DNA of 64,000 nt from an uncultured Bacteroidota bacterium (GCA_963783855.1 CAWAPE010000001.1:88985-152984), one strand, 5' to 3'; positions 8,772 to 17,832 are shown, numbered from the stretch's first letter. Program-made: numbers and translations. The notes: a model not told the origin generated them from the letters alone.

Positions 8772-11753
8772 ATGGATGAGACCCGCCAGAATGAGCTCGA
8801 TGATTTCTTCGGCAACAGGATAAAAAAATTCCAGAGATTAATGCACTTCAAAATCCGGGAAATCCTCCTGGTATCAAGCATTTACGATAATTATTTATTC
8901 GAAGAAGACGGACGATTATATGAACTTATCAGGCAGGAATATCAGAATTTAAATCTCAGCCACTCCCCAGAAATTACACACGTAACCAGCGGCAAAGAAG
9001 CGATAGAACTACTAACAAATGAAGATAATTTTGATCTTATAATAACAACTCTCCACATTGAGGACATACACGTAATAAGATTTGCACAGATGGTTCGTGA
9101 AGCAGGAATCAATACTCCTATTATTTTACTTGCCTATGATAACAGGGAAAGGAAAGAACTTGTTACACATTACGACACTTCAATTTTCGAGCGGATATTT
9201 ATATGGCAAGGTGATTATCACCTTCTTATTGGAATTATAAAATATATGGAAGACCGGCTGAATGTTGAAAATGATACAAAAACCGCAGGCGTTCAGACAA
9301 TTATACTGGTAGAAGATAATGTAAAATTTTATTCCTCTTATCTCCCTCTTATTTATACTGAAATATTTAAGCAATCCCAGAGACTGATTTCAGAAGGAGT
9401 AAATTTAACTCACCGATTTTTGAGAATGCGCGCACGTCCTAAAATTTTACTCTGCACTACTTATGAAGAAGCCTGGGATTATTTTGAAAAGTACGAAGAA
9501 TATATTCTTGGTTTAATTCTGGATATAAATTTTAAGCACAATGGCGAGAAAGATCCCGAAGCCGGAATAAAATTTGCCAGAGATGTAAAAGCCCGCCACA
9601 AAGATATTCCCATACTTCTGCAATCGAGTAATGCTGATTTTCTGGCGAAAGCTCATGAAGCCGGTGCTTCATTCCTTCTTAAAGGTTCGCCTACTTTGTT
9701 GCACGATCTGCGCGACTTTATGATGAATAACTTTGGCTTTGGTGATTTTGTATTCCTAATGCCGGATGGCTCAGAGGTAGGAAGAGCAAGAAATTTGAAA
9801 GAAATGGTCGAACTTCTTCAAACTGTGCCCGAAGAAAGTATACTTTATCATGGTGAAGGAAATCATTTTTCAAAATGGCTGAAGGCAAGAACAGAATTCT
9901 GGCTTGCACACAAATTACGCCCAAGAGAAGTTTCCGAATTTGAAACAATCGTAGAATTAAAGGCCCTTATTATTAGCTCAATTAAGGAGTATATAGACGC
10001 AAGGCAAAGAGGTGTAATTACAGACTTTGACAAGGAAAATTTTGATCCGAACAATAGTTTTGCCCGGATTGGATGGGGTTCACTTGGAGGGAAAGCACGC
10101 GGACTGGGATTTATTAATACTCTGATTATGAACTATCATATGCGGAATAAATTTAAGAATATTGAAATCTTTGTTCCCTCTGCAATTGTTATTTCAACTG
10201 ATGTTTTTGATTATTTCATTGAAAAGAACGATCTTGAAAACTTTGCTCTTAATGAAGATGATGACCTTAAAATTACACAAAGATTTATTGAAGCTAAGGA
10301 TTTTCCGCAAGACATAACTAATAAGCTTTCAGATTTTCTGGACATAACGCAGGGACCTTTAGCGATAAGGTCTTCAAGTTTGCTGGAAGATTCACAGTTT
10401 CAGCCTTTTGCAGGTGTATATGAAACTTATATGATTCCAAACAGCAATCCGAAAAAGAATGTTAGATTAAAAGAATTACTTCAGTGTATTAAAAGTGTTT
10501 ACTCTTCAACCTTCCACAAAAAAGCCAAAGATTATATGAAGGCAACTTCATACAGGCTTGAAGAAGAAAAAATGGCCGTAATAATTCAGCGGCTGATAGG
10601 TTCAGAAAAGAACGGAAGATTTTATCCTGATTTTGCCGGTGTCGCTAAATCTTTTAACTTTTATCCCGTTCCTCCGCAAAAAGCCACCGATGGGATTTCA
10701 CAGGTTGCTTTGGGCCTCGGAAAAACAGTTGTTGAAGGTGGAAATACTGTCAGATTCTGTCCGAAGTATCCCAAGCATTTATTACAATTCTTTTCTACCA
10801 AGGAAACTATTAAGAATGCTCAGCAGGATTTTTTCGCACTTGATATAAAAGATCATCTTTTGCAAAAAATTAAAGATGTGGAAGACGTTCTTGTTAAAAA
10901 ATATGATCTGCATAAAGCAGAAGAAGACAATACATTGTATTCTGTAGGCTCTACTTATTCCCCGGAAAATGAAGCAGTTTATGATGGGATCTCAAGAGAT
11001 GGAATGCGGGTAGTAACATTTGCCCCGATTTTGAAACACAATATTTTTCCCTTACCTGAAATTCTTGATATGCTTCTCGAAATAGGAACCTGGGGAATGG
11101 GAACTCCTGTAGAAATTGAGTTTGCTGTAAACCTGGATGTGCCACGGGATAAACCCAAAGAATTTGCAATGTTGCAAATGAGACCGCTTGTAATTCATAG
11201 GGAAAGTGAAGAACTTAATATTGAAGAAGAAGCGCATGACAAAATTATCTGCCAGAGTACCCAGGTACTTGGCAATGGAGTCATTAACGATATTCACGAT
11301 ATTGTATTTGTTGATATTAATAAATTTGAACGTTCAAAGAGTAAAGAAGTCGCTCAGGAAGTCAGCCAGATTAATTCAAAACTACTGAATGAAAAAAGAC
11401 AATATATATTATTTGGTATGGGACGCTGGGGCTCGCTTGATCCATGGCTCGGAATTCCTGTAACCTGGGATCAAATTTCAGGAGCTATTACAATTGTTGA
11501 GGGCGGCTTTAAAGATTTAAATGTAACCCCATCACAAGGTTCTCACTTTTTCCAGAATATTACTTCATTCAGAATCGGTTATTTCACTGTTAATACTTTT
11601 ACTCAAAATGGATTCATAAACTGGGACTGGCTCCTTGAGCAAAAACCAGCAAATGAAACAACTTATGTAAAACATTTGTATTTTAAAGAGTCGCTAACCG
11701 TAAAAATTAGCGGGCATCAAAATAAGGGAATCATACTTAAACCCGGCATTTAA
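8772..11753 (+). CDS. X-1: receiver-like + receiver + PPDK_N-type ATP-grasp protein (PEP synthase-like phosphotransferase of unknown substrate)
   Basis: Track ORF starts at TTG 8742; first ATG is 8772. Domain order: degenerate REC (ILLVSS, FDLIITTLHIED), canonical REC (IILVEDN, LILDINF, LLQSS, FLLKG), then PPDK_N motifs (LGGKARGLGF, AIRSSSLLEDS, PFAGVYETY, MAVIIQRL, LGLGKTVVEGG, EIEFAV..LQMRPL), then a His-containing tail (PSQGSHFFQN). Confidence 0.8.
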   Translation: MDETRQNELDDFFGNRIKKFQRLMHFKIREILLVSSIYDNYLFEEDGRLYELIRQEYQNLNLSHSPEITHVTSGKEAIELLTNEDNFDLIITTLHIEDIHVIRFAQMVREAGINTPIILLAYDNRERKELVTHYDTSIFERIFIWQGDYHLLIGIIKYMEDRLNVENDTKTAGVQTIILVEDNVKFYSSYLPLIYTEIFKQSQRLISEGVNLTHRFLRMRARPKILLCTTYEEAWDYFEKYEEYILGLILDINFKHNGEKDPEAGIKFARDVKARHKDIPILLQSSNADFLAKAHEAGASFLLKGSPTLLHDLRDFMMNNFGFGDFVFLMPDGSEVGRARNLKEMVELLQTVPEESILYHGEGNHFSKWLKARTEFWLAHKLRPREVSEFETIVELKALIISSIKEYIDARQRGVITDFDKENFDPNNSFARIGWGSLGGKARGLGFINTLIMNYHMRNKFKNIEIFVPSAIVISTDVFDYFIEKNDLENFALNEDDDLKITQRFIEAKDFPQDITNKLSDFLDITQGPLAIRSSSLLEDSQFQPFAGVYETYMIPNSNPKKNVRLKELLQCIKSVYSSTFHKKAKDYMKATSYRLEEEKMAVIIQRLIGSEKNGRFYPDFAGVAKSFNFYPVPPQKATDGISQVALGLGKTVVEGGNTVRFCPKYPKHLLQFFSTKETIKNAQQDFFALDIKDHLLQKIKDVEDVLVKKYDLHKAEEDNTLYSVGSTYSPENEAVYDGISRDGMRVVTFAPILKHNIFPLPEILDMLLEIGTWGMGTPVEIEFAVNLDVPRDKPKEFAMLQMRPLVIHRESEELNIEEEAHDKIICQSTQVLGNGVINDIHDIVFVDINKFERSKSKEVAQEVSQINSKLLNEKRQYILFGMGRWGSLDPWLGIPVTWDQISGAITIVEGGFKDLNVTPSQGSHFFQNITSFRIGYFTVNTFTQNGFINWDWLLEQKPANETTYVKHLYFKESLTVKISGHQNKGIILKPGI

Positions 11754-11866
11754 TCTTACAAATTTAGGGGAGAATTTTTACTACAGACAAGCGTAAAACA
11801 TTCTTGCTCATCCTGCGCTTAATTCTACATACCACATACAATACATATAAACTCAAGGAGGCAGTC

Positions 11867-13228
11867 ATGTCGAGCTACGTTTCTGATTTGTTAGCCGAAG
11901 TGAAAGCTAAGAACCCTGCTGAACCTGAATTCCATCAGGCAGTAGAAGAGGTTGCTGAATCTCTATCTCTTGTGTTCGAAAAGCATCCTGAGTACCGCGC
12001 AGCAAAAGTTCTGGAGCGCATTATTGAACCGGAAAGAGTGATCACTTTCCGCGTGCCATGGGTTGATGAACAGGGAGAAGTAAACATCAATCGCGGATTC
12101 AGAATAGAAATGAACAGTGCAATAGGGCCTTATAAAGGCGGCTTACGTTTTCACCCATCTGTAAATCTTGGAATATTAAAATTCCTCGCATTTGAACAAG
12201 TATTTAAAAACAGTCTTACAACTTTGCCAATGGGCGGCGGAAAAGGTGGATCGGATTTTGACCCTAAGGGCAAAAGTGATCTGAAAATAATGCGTTTCTG
12301 CCAGGCATTTATGGGTGAACTCTTCAGACATATTGGTCCTAATACTGATGTGCCTGCGGGTGATATAGGAGTTGGTGGAAGAGAAATCGGATATTTATTC
12401 GGGCAGTATAAAAAACTCAGAAACGAATTTACAGGCGTATTGACCGGTAAAGGATTAAACTGGGGAGGCTCTCTGATCAGACCAGAAGCTACAGGATATG
12501 GAGCTGTTTATTTTGCTGCAGAAATGCTCGGTACAAAAAATGAAACTCTTGAAGGAAAAGTGTGCCTCGTTTCAGGAAGCGGAAATGTTGCACAATATAC
12601 AGTCGAAAAGATACTGAGTCTCGGTGGGAAAGTTGTTACTTTATCTGATTCTAATGGATATATCTATGATGAAGAGGGAATCAATACAGAGAAACTCCAC
12701 TTCGTTATGGAATTAAAAAATGTTCGCCGCGGAAGAATGAAAGAATATGTTGCAAAATATAAAAATGCAGTTTATACAGAAATAAATCCAAAAGATGATT
12801 TCAATCAACTCTGGAATCATAAAGCGCAATGCGCATTCCCGAGTGCAACACAAAATGAAATAAACGGAAAAGATGCACAAAACTTATTAAAGAATGGCGT
12901 GTATGTTGTAAGTGAAGGCGCCAATATGCCTACAACTATAGACGGAGTAAAATTATTCCTTGATAAGAAAATTCTTTACGGTCCGGGAAAAGCTGCAAAT
13001 GCAGGTGGCGTCGCTGTATCAGGTCTGGAAATGACACAAAACAGCATGCGTTTGCCATGGACAAGAGAAGAAGTTGATGAAAGACTAAGAATGATAATGA
13101 AAGATATTCATACAACCTGTATGACTATGGCTGATAGATTCGGCACACCGGGCAACTACGTTAACGGTGCCAACATTGGCGGATTCCTGAAAGTTGCCGA
13201 TGCAATGATGGATCAGGGTGTTGTTTAG
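11867..13228 (+). CDS. gdhA: Glutamate dehydrogenase, hexameric GdhA type (copy 2)
   Basis: Track ORF starts at 11804. ATG 11867 is preceded by AAGGAGG (11855-11861) and aligns with the copy 1 N-terminus (MSSYVSDLLAEVKAKNPAEPEFHQAVEEV). Same catalytic motifs as copy 1. Confidence 0.95.
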   Translation: MSSYVSDLLAEVKAKNPAEPEFHQAVEEVAESLSLVFEKHPEYRAAKVLERIIEPERVITFRVPWVDEQGEVNINRGFRIEMNSAIGPYKGGLRFHPSVNLGILKFLAFEQVFKNSLTTLPMGGGKGGSDFDPKGKSDLKIMRFCQAFMGELFRHIGPNTDVPAGDIGVGGREIGYLFGQYKKLRNEFTGVLTGKGLNWGGSLIRPEATGYGAVYFAAEMLGTKNETLEGKVCLVSGSGNVAQYTVEKILSLGGKVVTLSDSNGYIYDEEGINTEKLHFVMELKNVRRGRMKEYVAKYKNAVYTEINPKDDFNQLWNHKAQCAFPSATQNEINGKDAQNLLKNGVYVVSEGANMPTTIDGVKLFLDKKILYGPGKAANAGGVAVSGLEMTQNSMRLPWTREEVDERLRMIMKDIHTTCMTMADRFGTPGNYVNGANIGGFLKVADAMMDQGVV

Positions 13229-13322
13229 ATTTATTTATTAAATTAATTATGCTGGGACTGCACAGCTGTTTTATACGTGTAGTTCCCGGCTGAATTTAAT
13301 TCATAATTTTCTGCAGGATAAA

Positions 13323-16300
13323 ATGCCCGATCAAGATGAGTCCATAAAAACAAATTTTGACGATTACTGGGTCGAACACGGTTACGGTACCAGGTTCCAG
13401 GGTTTCCAGAACCTAATGCGTCTGCGCGTCCGTGATATACTCCTCGTATCAAGCCTTTACGATCTTTACCTTTTTGAAGAAGACGGGCGGCTCTATGAAC
13501 TTATCAGGAATGAATACCAGGGACTAAATCTCAGTCACTCTCCCGAACTTACAAGAGTTTCCAGCGGGAAAGATGCGATTGCACTTGCCAAAGAAGAAAA
13601 AAGATTCGACCTGATAATTACAACACTTCACATCGAAGACATGCATCCGATAAATTTTGCTACGATGGTAAAAGAATCAGGATTAAATATTCCTGTAGTT
13701 TTACTTGCCCATGATAATAAAGAATTTAAATATTTGTTACTTAAACCTGAAATTGCCGCGTTCGATAAAATATTTATCTGGCAGGGCGATTTCAGAATCA
13801 TTATAGCAATAGTTAAATATCTCGAAGACAAAATGAACATCGATCACGATAGCAGGATCGTCGGTGTTCAAAACATAATTTTTATTGAAGACAACGTAAA
13901 ATATTATTCTTCTTTCCTTCCTGTAATTTATACAGAGATTTTAAACCAATCACAGAGATTAATTTCCGAGGGAATAAATCTAACACACCGATTTTTAAGA
14001 ATGAGGGCCAGGCCCAAAATATTGCTTTGTACAAACTATGAAGAAGCCTGGGATTATTATCAAAAGTACAAAGACCTTGTACTTGGTGTAATTTCTGATG
14101 TAGATTTCCCAAAAGATGGTGAACAAAATCCAACAGCGGGATTAGAGATTGCAAAAGAAATTAAAAAGGAACATCCTGATATTCCCGTCTTGCTTGCTTC
14201 AAATAATTCCGAATATTCTGACACAGCAAAAGAAATAGGAGCATCTTTCGTATTAAAAGATTCAAGTCTTTTATTTAACGACCTTCGCCAATTTATGGTT
14301 CAGAATTTTAGTTTTGGTGATTTTATTTTTAGAACACCGGAAGGTGTTGAAGTTGGTCGTGCTCATGATCTTAAAACTCTTGAAGAACAATTAAAGGTTG
14401 TTCCTGAAAATAGCCTTAATTATCATGGTGAAAAAAATCACTTTTCAAACTGGCTGAAAGCAAGAACAGAGTTCTGGCTGGCACATCAATTAAGACCTCG
14501 TAAAGTTTCTGATTACAATACAGTTGAAGATCTCAGACAGGATCTAATCAATTCACTTCATAATTACAGAAATCTCAGACAAAGAGGGATAATTGCAGAT
14601 TTTCTTAAAGAATCTTTCGATCCTAACAGCAGCTTTGCACGTATCGGCGGAGGATCACTTGGAGGGAAAGCACGCGGACTTGGTTTCGTAAATACACTTA
14701 TTAATAATTATAATGTCCGTGACCAATTTAAAGGTGTACAAATATCAGTCCCATCTGCGGTAGTGCTGGGCACTAACGTTTTCGATCAGTTCCTTGAGGA
14801 AAACAATCTCAGAAAATTTGCTTTAAGTTGCAATGATGATGAAGAAATTACCCGCCGCTTTTTAGAAGCAGAGAGGTTTCCCGAAGATATTCTTGGCGAG
14901 CTTGCTGCATTCCTGGATATTATTCACTCCCCTCTCGCAGTTCGATCATCCAGTCTGCTCGAAGATTCGCAGTATCACCCATTTGCCGGTGTTTATGAAA
15001 CATATATGATCCCGAATAATCATCCCAATCCGCTTATTAAATTAAATGATCTTCTTAATACGATTAAAAGAGTTTACGCTTCCACCTTTTATCAGGGATC
15101 TAAGAATTATATAAAAGTTACAAACTACCGCCTCGAAGAAGAAAAGATGGCAGTAATAATTCAAAAGATGATCGGGGCAAAACACGATCATAAATTTTAT
15201 CCCGAATTTTCGGGTGTGGCAAAGTCCTTTAATTTTTACCCGATGGCACCACAAAAACCCACAGATGGAATTGTTTCAGTTGCTCTCGGTCTTGGCAAAA
15301 CTGTAGTTGATGGTGGAAACACTGTAAGATTTTGTCCGAAATATCCCACGGATTTAATTCAGTTCTATTCAACAACAGAATCACTCGACAGCAGTCAAAA
15401 AGATTTTTACGCATTAAATCTGGAAGGAAATTCAAACTTTGGCTTTGTTACATACGATATGCTCACAGAAAAATTTGGTTTGAATGTTGCCGAAAAAGAA
15501 GGAACATTAAATTTAATTGGAGCAACATACTCGCCTGAAAATGATTCAATTTCGGATGGCATATCCCGACCGGGAATCAGAATTGTAACATTCGGACCAA
15601 TTCTAAAACATAAACTTTTCCCGCTGCCAGGAATTATTGAACTTCTTCTTGATATGGGAACCTGGGGAATGGGGACCCCTATTGAAATCGAGTTTGCCGT
15701 GAATATGTCAGTAAAAAAAGATGAACCAATTCAATTTGGTTTACTGCAAATGAGGCCGCTGGTAATTAACCGTGAACACGAGGAAATTACAATAGATAAA
15801 TTTGAGCCTGAAAAATTATTATGCTACAGTGAACAGGTTCTGGGTGATGGTATTATGAATAATATTTACGACATCATATATGTTGATTATCATTTATATG
15901 ACAGAGCGAAGAGCAGAGATGTTGCAAAGGAAGTAAGTATGTTTAACAGCCAGTTGATGGATGAGGACAGGCCTTATTTATTGATAGGTGTCGGAAGATG
16001 GGGCTCGCTGGATCCGTGGCTGGGAATTCCGGTAACCTGGGAACAAATTGCCGGCGCCCACACAATCATTGAATCTGGATTTAAAGACTTTGCGGTTGAG
16101 CCTTCACAAGGTTCGCATTTCTTTCAGAATTTAACTTCATTTATGATAGGTTATTTTCACGTAAACAGTCATAAAAACCAGGGGCTGGTTAACTGGGATT
16201 GGTTATTAAAACAGAAGCCGGTTGAATCAAAAGTATTTACTAAACATCTTCGTTTTAAATCACCAATAGTAATTAAAATGAGCGGCTATCAGAATAAAGG

Positions 16301-16325
16301 GGTTATTTATAAACCGGAGGAATAA
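13323..16325 (+). CDS. X-2: paralogue of X-1 (receiver-like + receiver + PPDK_N-type ATP-grasp protein)
   Basis: 1000 aa, collinear with X-1 over its full length. Same motifs: ILLVSS, FDLIITTLHIED, IIFIEDN, VISDVDF, LGGKARGLGF, AVRSSSLLEDS, PFAGVYETYMIPN, GRWGSLDPWLGIPVTW, PSQGSHFFQN. Confidence 0.8.
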   Translation: MPDQDESIKTNFDDYWVEHGYGTRFQGFQNLMRLRVRDILLVSSLYDLYLFEEDGRLYELIRNEYQGLNLSHSPELTRVSSGKDAIALAKEEKRFDLIITTLHIEDMHPINFATMVKESGLNIPVVLLAHDNKEFKYLLLKPEIAAFDKIFIWQGDFRIIIAIVKYLEDKMNIDHDSRIVGVQNIIFIEDNVKYYSSFLPVIYTEILNQSQRLISEGINLTHRFLRMRARPKILLCTNYEEAWDYYQKYKDLVLGVISDVDFPKDGEQNPTAGLEIAKEIKKEHPDIPVLLASNNSEYSDTAKEIGASFVLKDSSLLFNDLRQFMVQNFSFGDFIFRTPEGVEVGRAHDLKTLEEQLKVVPENSLNYHGEKNHFSNWLKARTEFWLAHQLRPRKVSDYNTVEDLRQDLINSLHNYRNLRQRGIIADFLKESFDPNSSFARIGGGSLGGKARGLGFVNTLINNYNVRDQFKGVQISVPSAVVLGTNVFDQFLEENNLRKFALSCNDDEEITRRFLEAERFPEDILGELAAFLDIIHSPLAVRSSSLLEDSQYHPFAGVYETYMIPNNHPNPLIKLNDLLNTIKRVYASTFYQGSKNYIKVTNYRLEEEKMAVIIQKMIGAKHDHKFYPEFSGVAKSFNFYPMAPQKPTDGIVSVALGLGKTVVDGGNTVRFCPKYPTDLIQFYSTTESLDSSQKDFYALNLEGNSNFGFVTYDMLTEKFGLNVAEKEGTLNLIGATYSPENDSISDGISRPGIRIVTFGPILKHKLFPLPGIIELLLDMGTWGMGTPIEIEFAVNMSVKKDEPIQFGLLQMRPLVINREHEEITIDKFEPEKLLCYSEQVLGDGIMNNIYDIIYVDYHLYDRAKSRDVAKEVSMFNSQLMDEDRPYLLIGVGRWGSLDPWLGIPVTWEQIAGAHTIIESGFKDFAVEPSQGSHFFQNLTSFMIGYFHVNSHKNQGLVNWDWLLKQKPVESKVFTKHLRFKSPIVIKMSGYQNKGVIYKPEE

Positions 16326-16326
16326 T

Positions 16327-16536
16327 TTGGAAACGGGTAAATCCACGGAGCAATCTGATTCATTAGAATTTTGTCCACATTGCGGGCACAGGTTAAGTCC
16401 CTGGCAACAGGTATTATTGCGGGTAGATCGTGCATTAACCTGTAAGAATTGCTGGTACAGGATAATTCTTGATGTTCCCGGTAAAGACGAAAATGAGAGC
16501 GACACTTCTAAAGAAAAAATTAAGCCTAAAGGATAA
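16327..16536 (+). CDS. Small zinc-ribbon protein (hypothetical)
   Basis: 69 aa; TTG start 6 nt after GGAGG (16316-16320) and 1 nt after the X-2 stop. Two Cys pairs (CPHC...CKNC). Its stop lies 4 nt before the gdh-3 ATG. No ATG start, so uncertain. Confidence 0.45.
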   Translation: METGKSTEQSDSLEFCPHCGHRLSPWQQVLLRVDRALTCKNCWYRIILDVPGKDENESDTSKEKIKPKG

Positions 16537-16540
16537 GAAA

Positions 16541-17788
16541 ATGGAATCATACAATTCATTCAGTGTAGCCAGGCAGCAAATACTCGAAGCAGCAAAAATT
16601 TTAAATCTTGATGATTCAACAACTGAATTACTCAGCCAGCCACAAAGAGAATTTAATTTTACTCTTCACGTCAGGATGGATGACGGAAAGGTTAAGATTT
16701 TCCAGGGTTACAGAATCCAATATAATTTTGCACGCGGTCCTTCAAAAGGTGGAATCAGATTTCATCCCGATGAAACAGTTGATACAATAAGAGCTCTCGG
16801 GTGTTGGATGACGTGGAAAACTGCAGTAGTCGATCTCCCTCTCGGCGGTGGTAAAGGCGGAGTTTGTTGTGATCCTAAAAATATGTCAACCCGTGAGCTT
16901 GAAAAATTATCACGTGAATATATCCGTGCAATTGCGCCTTTGATTGGTGCAAAGAAAGATATTCCAGCGCCGGATGTTTACACAAATCCCCAAACAATGT
17001 CCTGGATGATGGATGAATTTGAAACCATAAAGAACAGGCATGAACCCGGAGTTCTAACTGATAAGCCTCAACAGATCGGCGGAACCGAAGGAAGACGTGA
17101 TGCAACAGCGCGCGGAGGTGTTTATACAGTTCGCGAAGCTTGTAATTCATTTGGATATGATCCGACAAAAACATTTGCAATACAAGGATTTGGGAATGCA
17201 GGTCAGAGAGCAGCTCTTCTTCATCATGAAATTCTGGGAGGAGGAAAGCTCGTTGCAGTTAGTGACTCAAGAGGAGCAATTTATAATCCCGATGGTTTTA
17301 ATTCTACTGAGCTGGTTTCCCATAAATTGAAAACTGGCTCCGTACTTGGGTTCCCGGGTGCAAAAGAAATTGCGCACGAACAATTACTTGAACTTGATGT
17401 TGAAATACTTTACCCGGCAGCACTTGAGAATGCAATCACTTCTCAAAATGCTCCGAATATTAAAGCCAAAGTAATTTGTGAACTTGCTAACGGTCCTACA
17501 ACTCCTGAAGCTGATATTATTCTAAATAAAAAAGGCATCCACGTTATTCCCGATATTCTTGCAAGTGCAGGCGGAGTTACAGTTTCCTACTTTGAAATGG
17601 TGCAGGATAATTACTCATATTTCTGGGATGAACCATTGGTCCATAAAAGATTGGATGAAAAACTCACGCGTGCTTACCATACCGTTATGGAAGCAGTAAA
17701 GGAAAAGAAAGTTCACCCGCGATTAGGCGCAATGGTTGTTGGAGTTGCAAGAGTAGCAGAGGCGTGTAAATTAAGAGGATGGGTGTAA
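16541..17788 (+). CDS. Glutamate dehydrogenase, short (~415 aa) Glu/Leu/Phe/Val dehydrogenase type (gdh-3)
   Basis: Track ORF starts at 16469. Homology starts at ATG 16541, which has an AAGGA upstream. Motifs [38 protein letters not shown]. Confidence 0.9.
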   Translation: MESYNSFSVARQQILEAAKILNLDDSTTELLSQPQREFNFTLHVRMDDGKVKIFQGYRIQYNFARGPSKGGIRFHPDETVDTIRALGCWMTWKTAVVDLPLGGGKGGVCCDPKNMSTRELEKLSREYIRAIAPLIGAKKDIPAPDVYTNPQTMSWMMDEFETIKNRHEPGVLTDKPQQIGGTEGRRDATARGGVYTVREACNSFGYDPTKTFAIQGFGNAGQRAALLHHEILGGGKLVAVSDSRGAIYNPDGFNSTELVSHKLKTGSVLGFPGAKEIAHEQLLELDVEILYPAALENAITSQNAPNIKAKVICELANGPTTPEADIILNKKGIHVIPDILASAGGVTVSYFEMVQDNYSYFWDEPLVHKRLDEKLTRAYHTVMEAVKEKKVHPRLGAMVVGVARVAEACKLRGWV

Positions 17789-17816
17789 AGACCCGGAATT
17801 TTAATCCAGGTCTTTA
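17789..17816. terminator. Hairpin between convergent gdh-3 and gdh-4
   Basis: AGACCCGGA (17789-17797) pairs with TCCAGGTCT (17805-17813) with 1 mismatch, then TTTATT. Confidence 0.55.
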
Positions 17817-17832
17817 TTAAACAAATTAATTT

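Noticed and set aside
7297-16325. The gdhA/X duplication might be an assembly artefact or a collapsed/expanded repeat.
   Set aside because: The copies differ at many amino-acid positions and even more at nucleotide level, have different intergenic sequences and different gene lengths. An assembler artefact would give near-identical copies.
16260-16559. 99-aa minus-strand ORF overlapping the X-2 end, the zinc-ribbon ORF and the gdh-3 start.
   Set aside because: It is antisense to three tightly packed plus-strand genes, with no start context: a shadow ORF.
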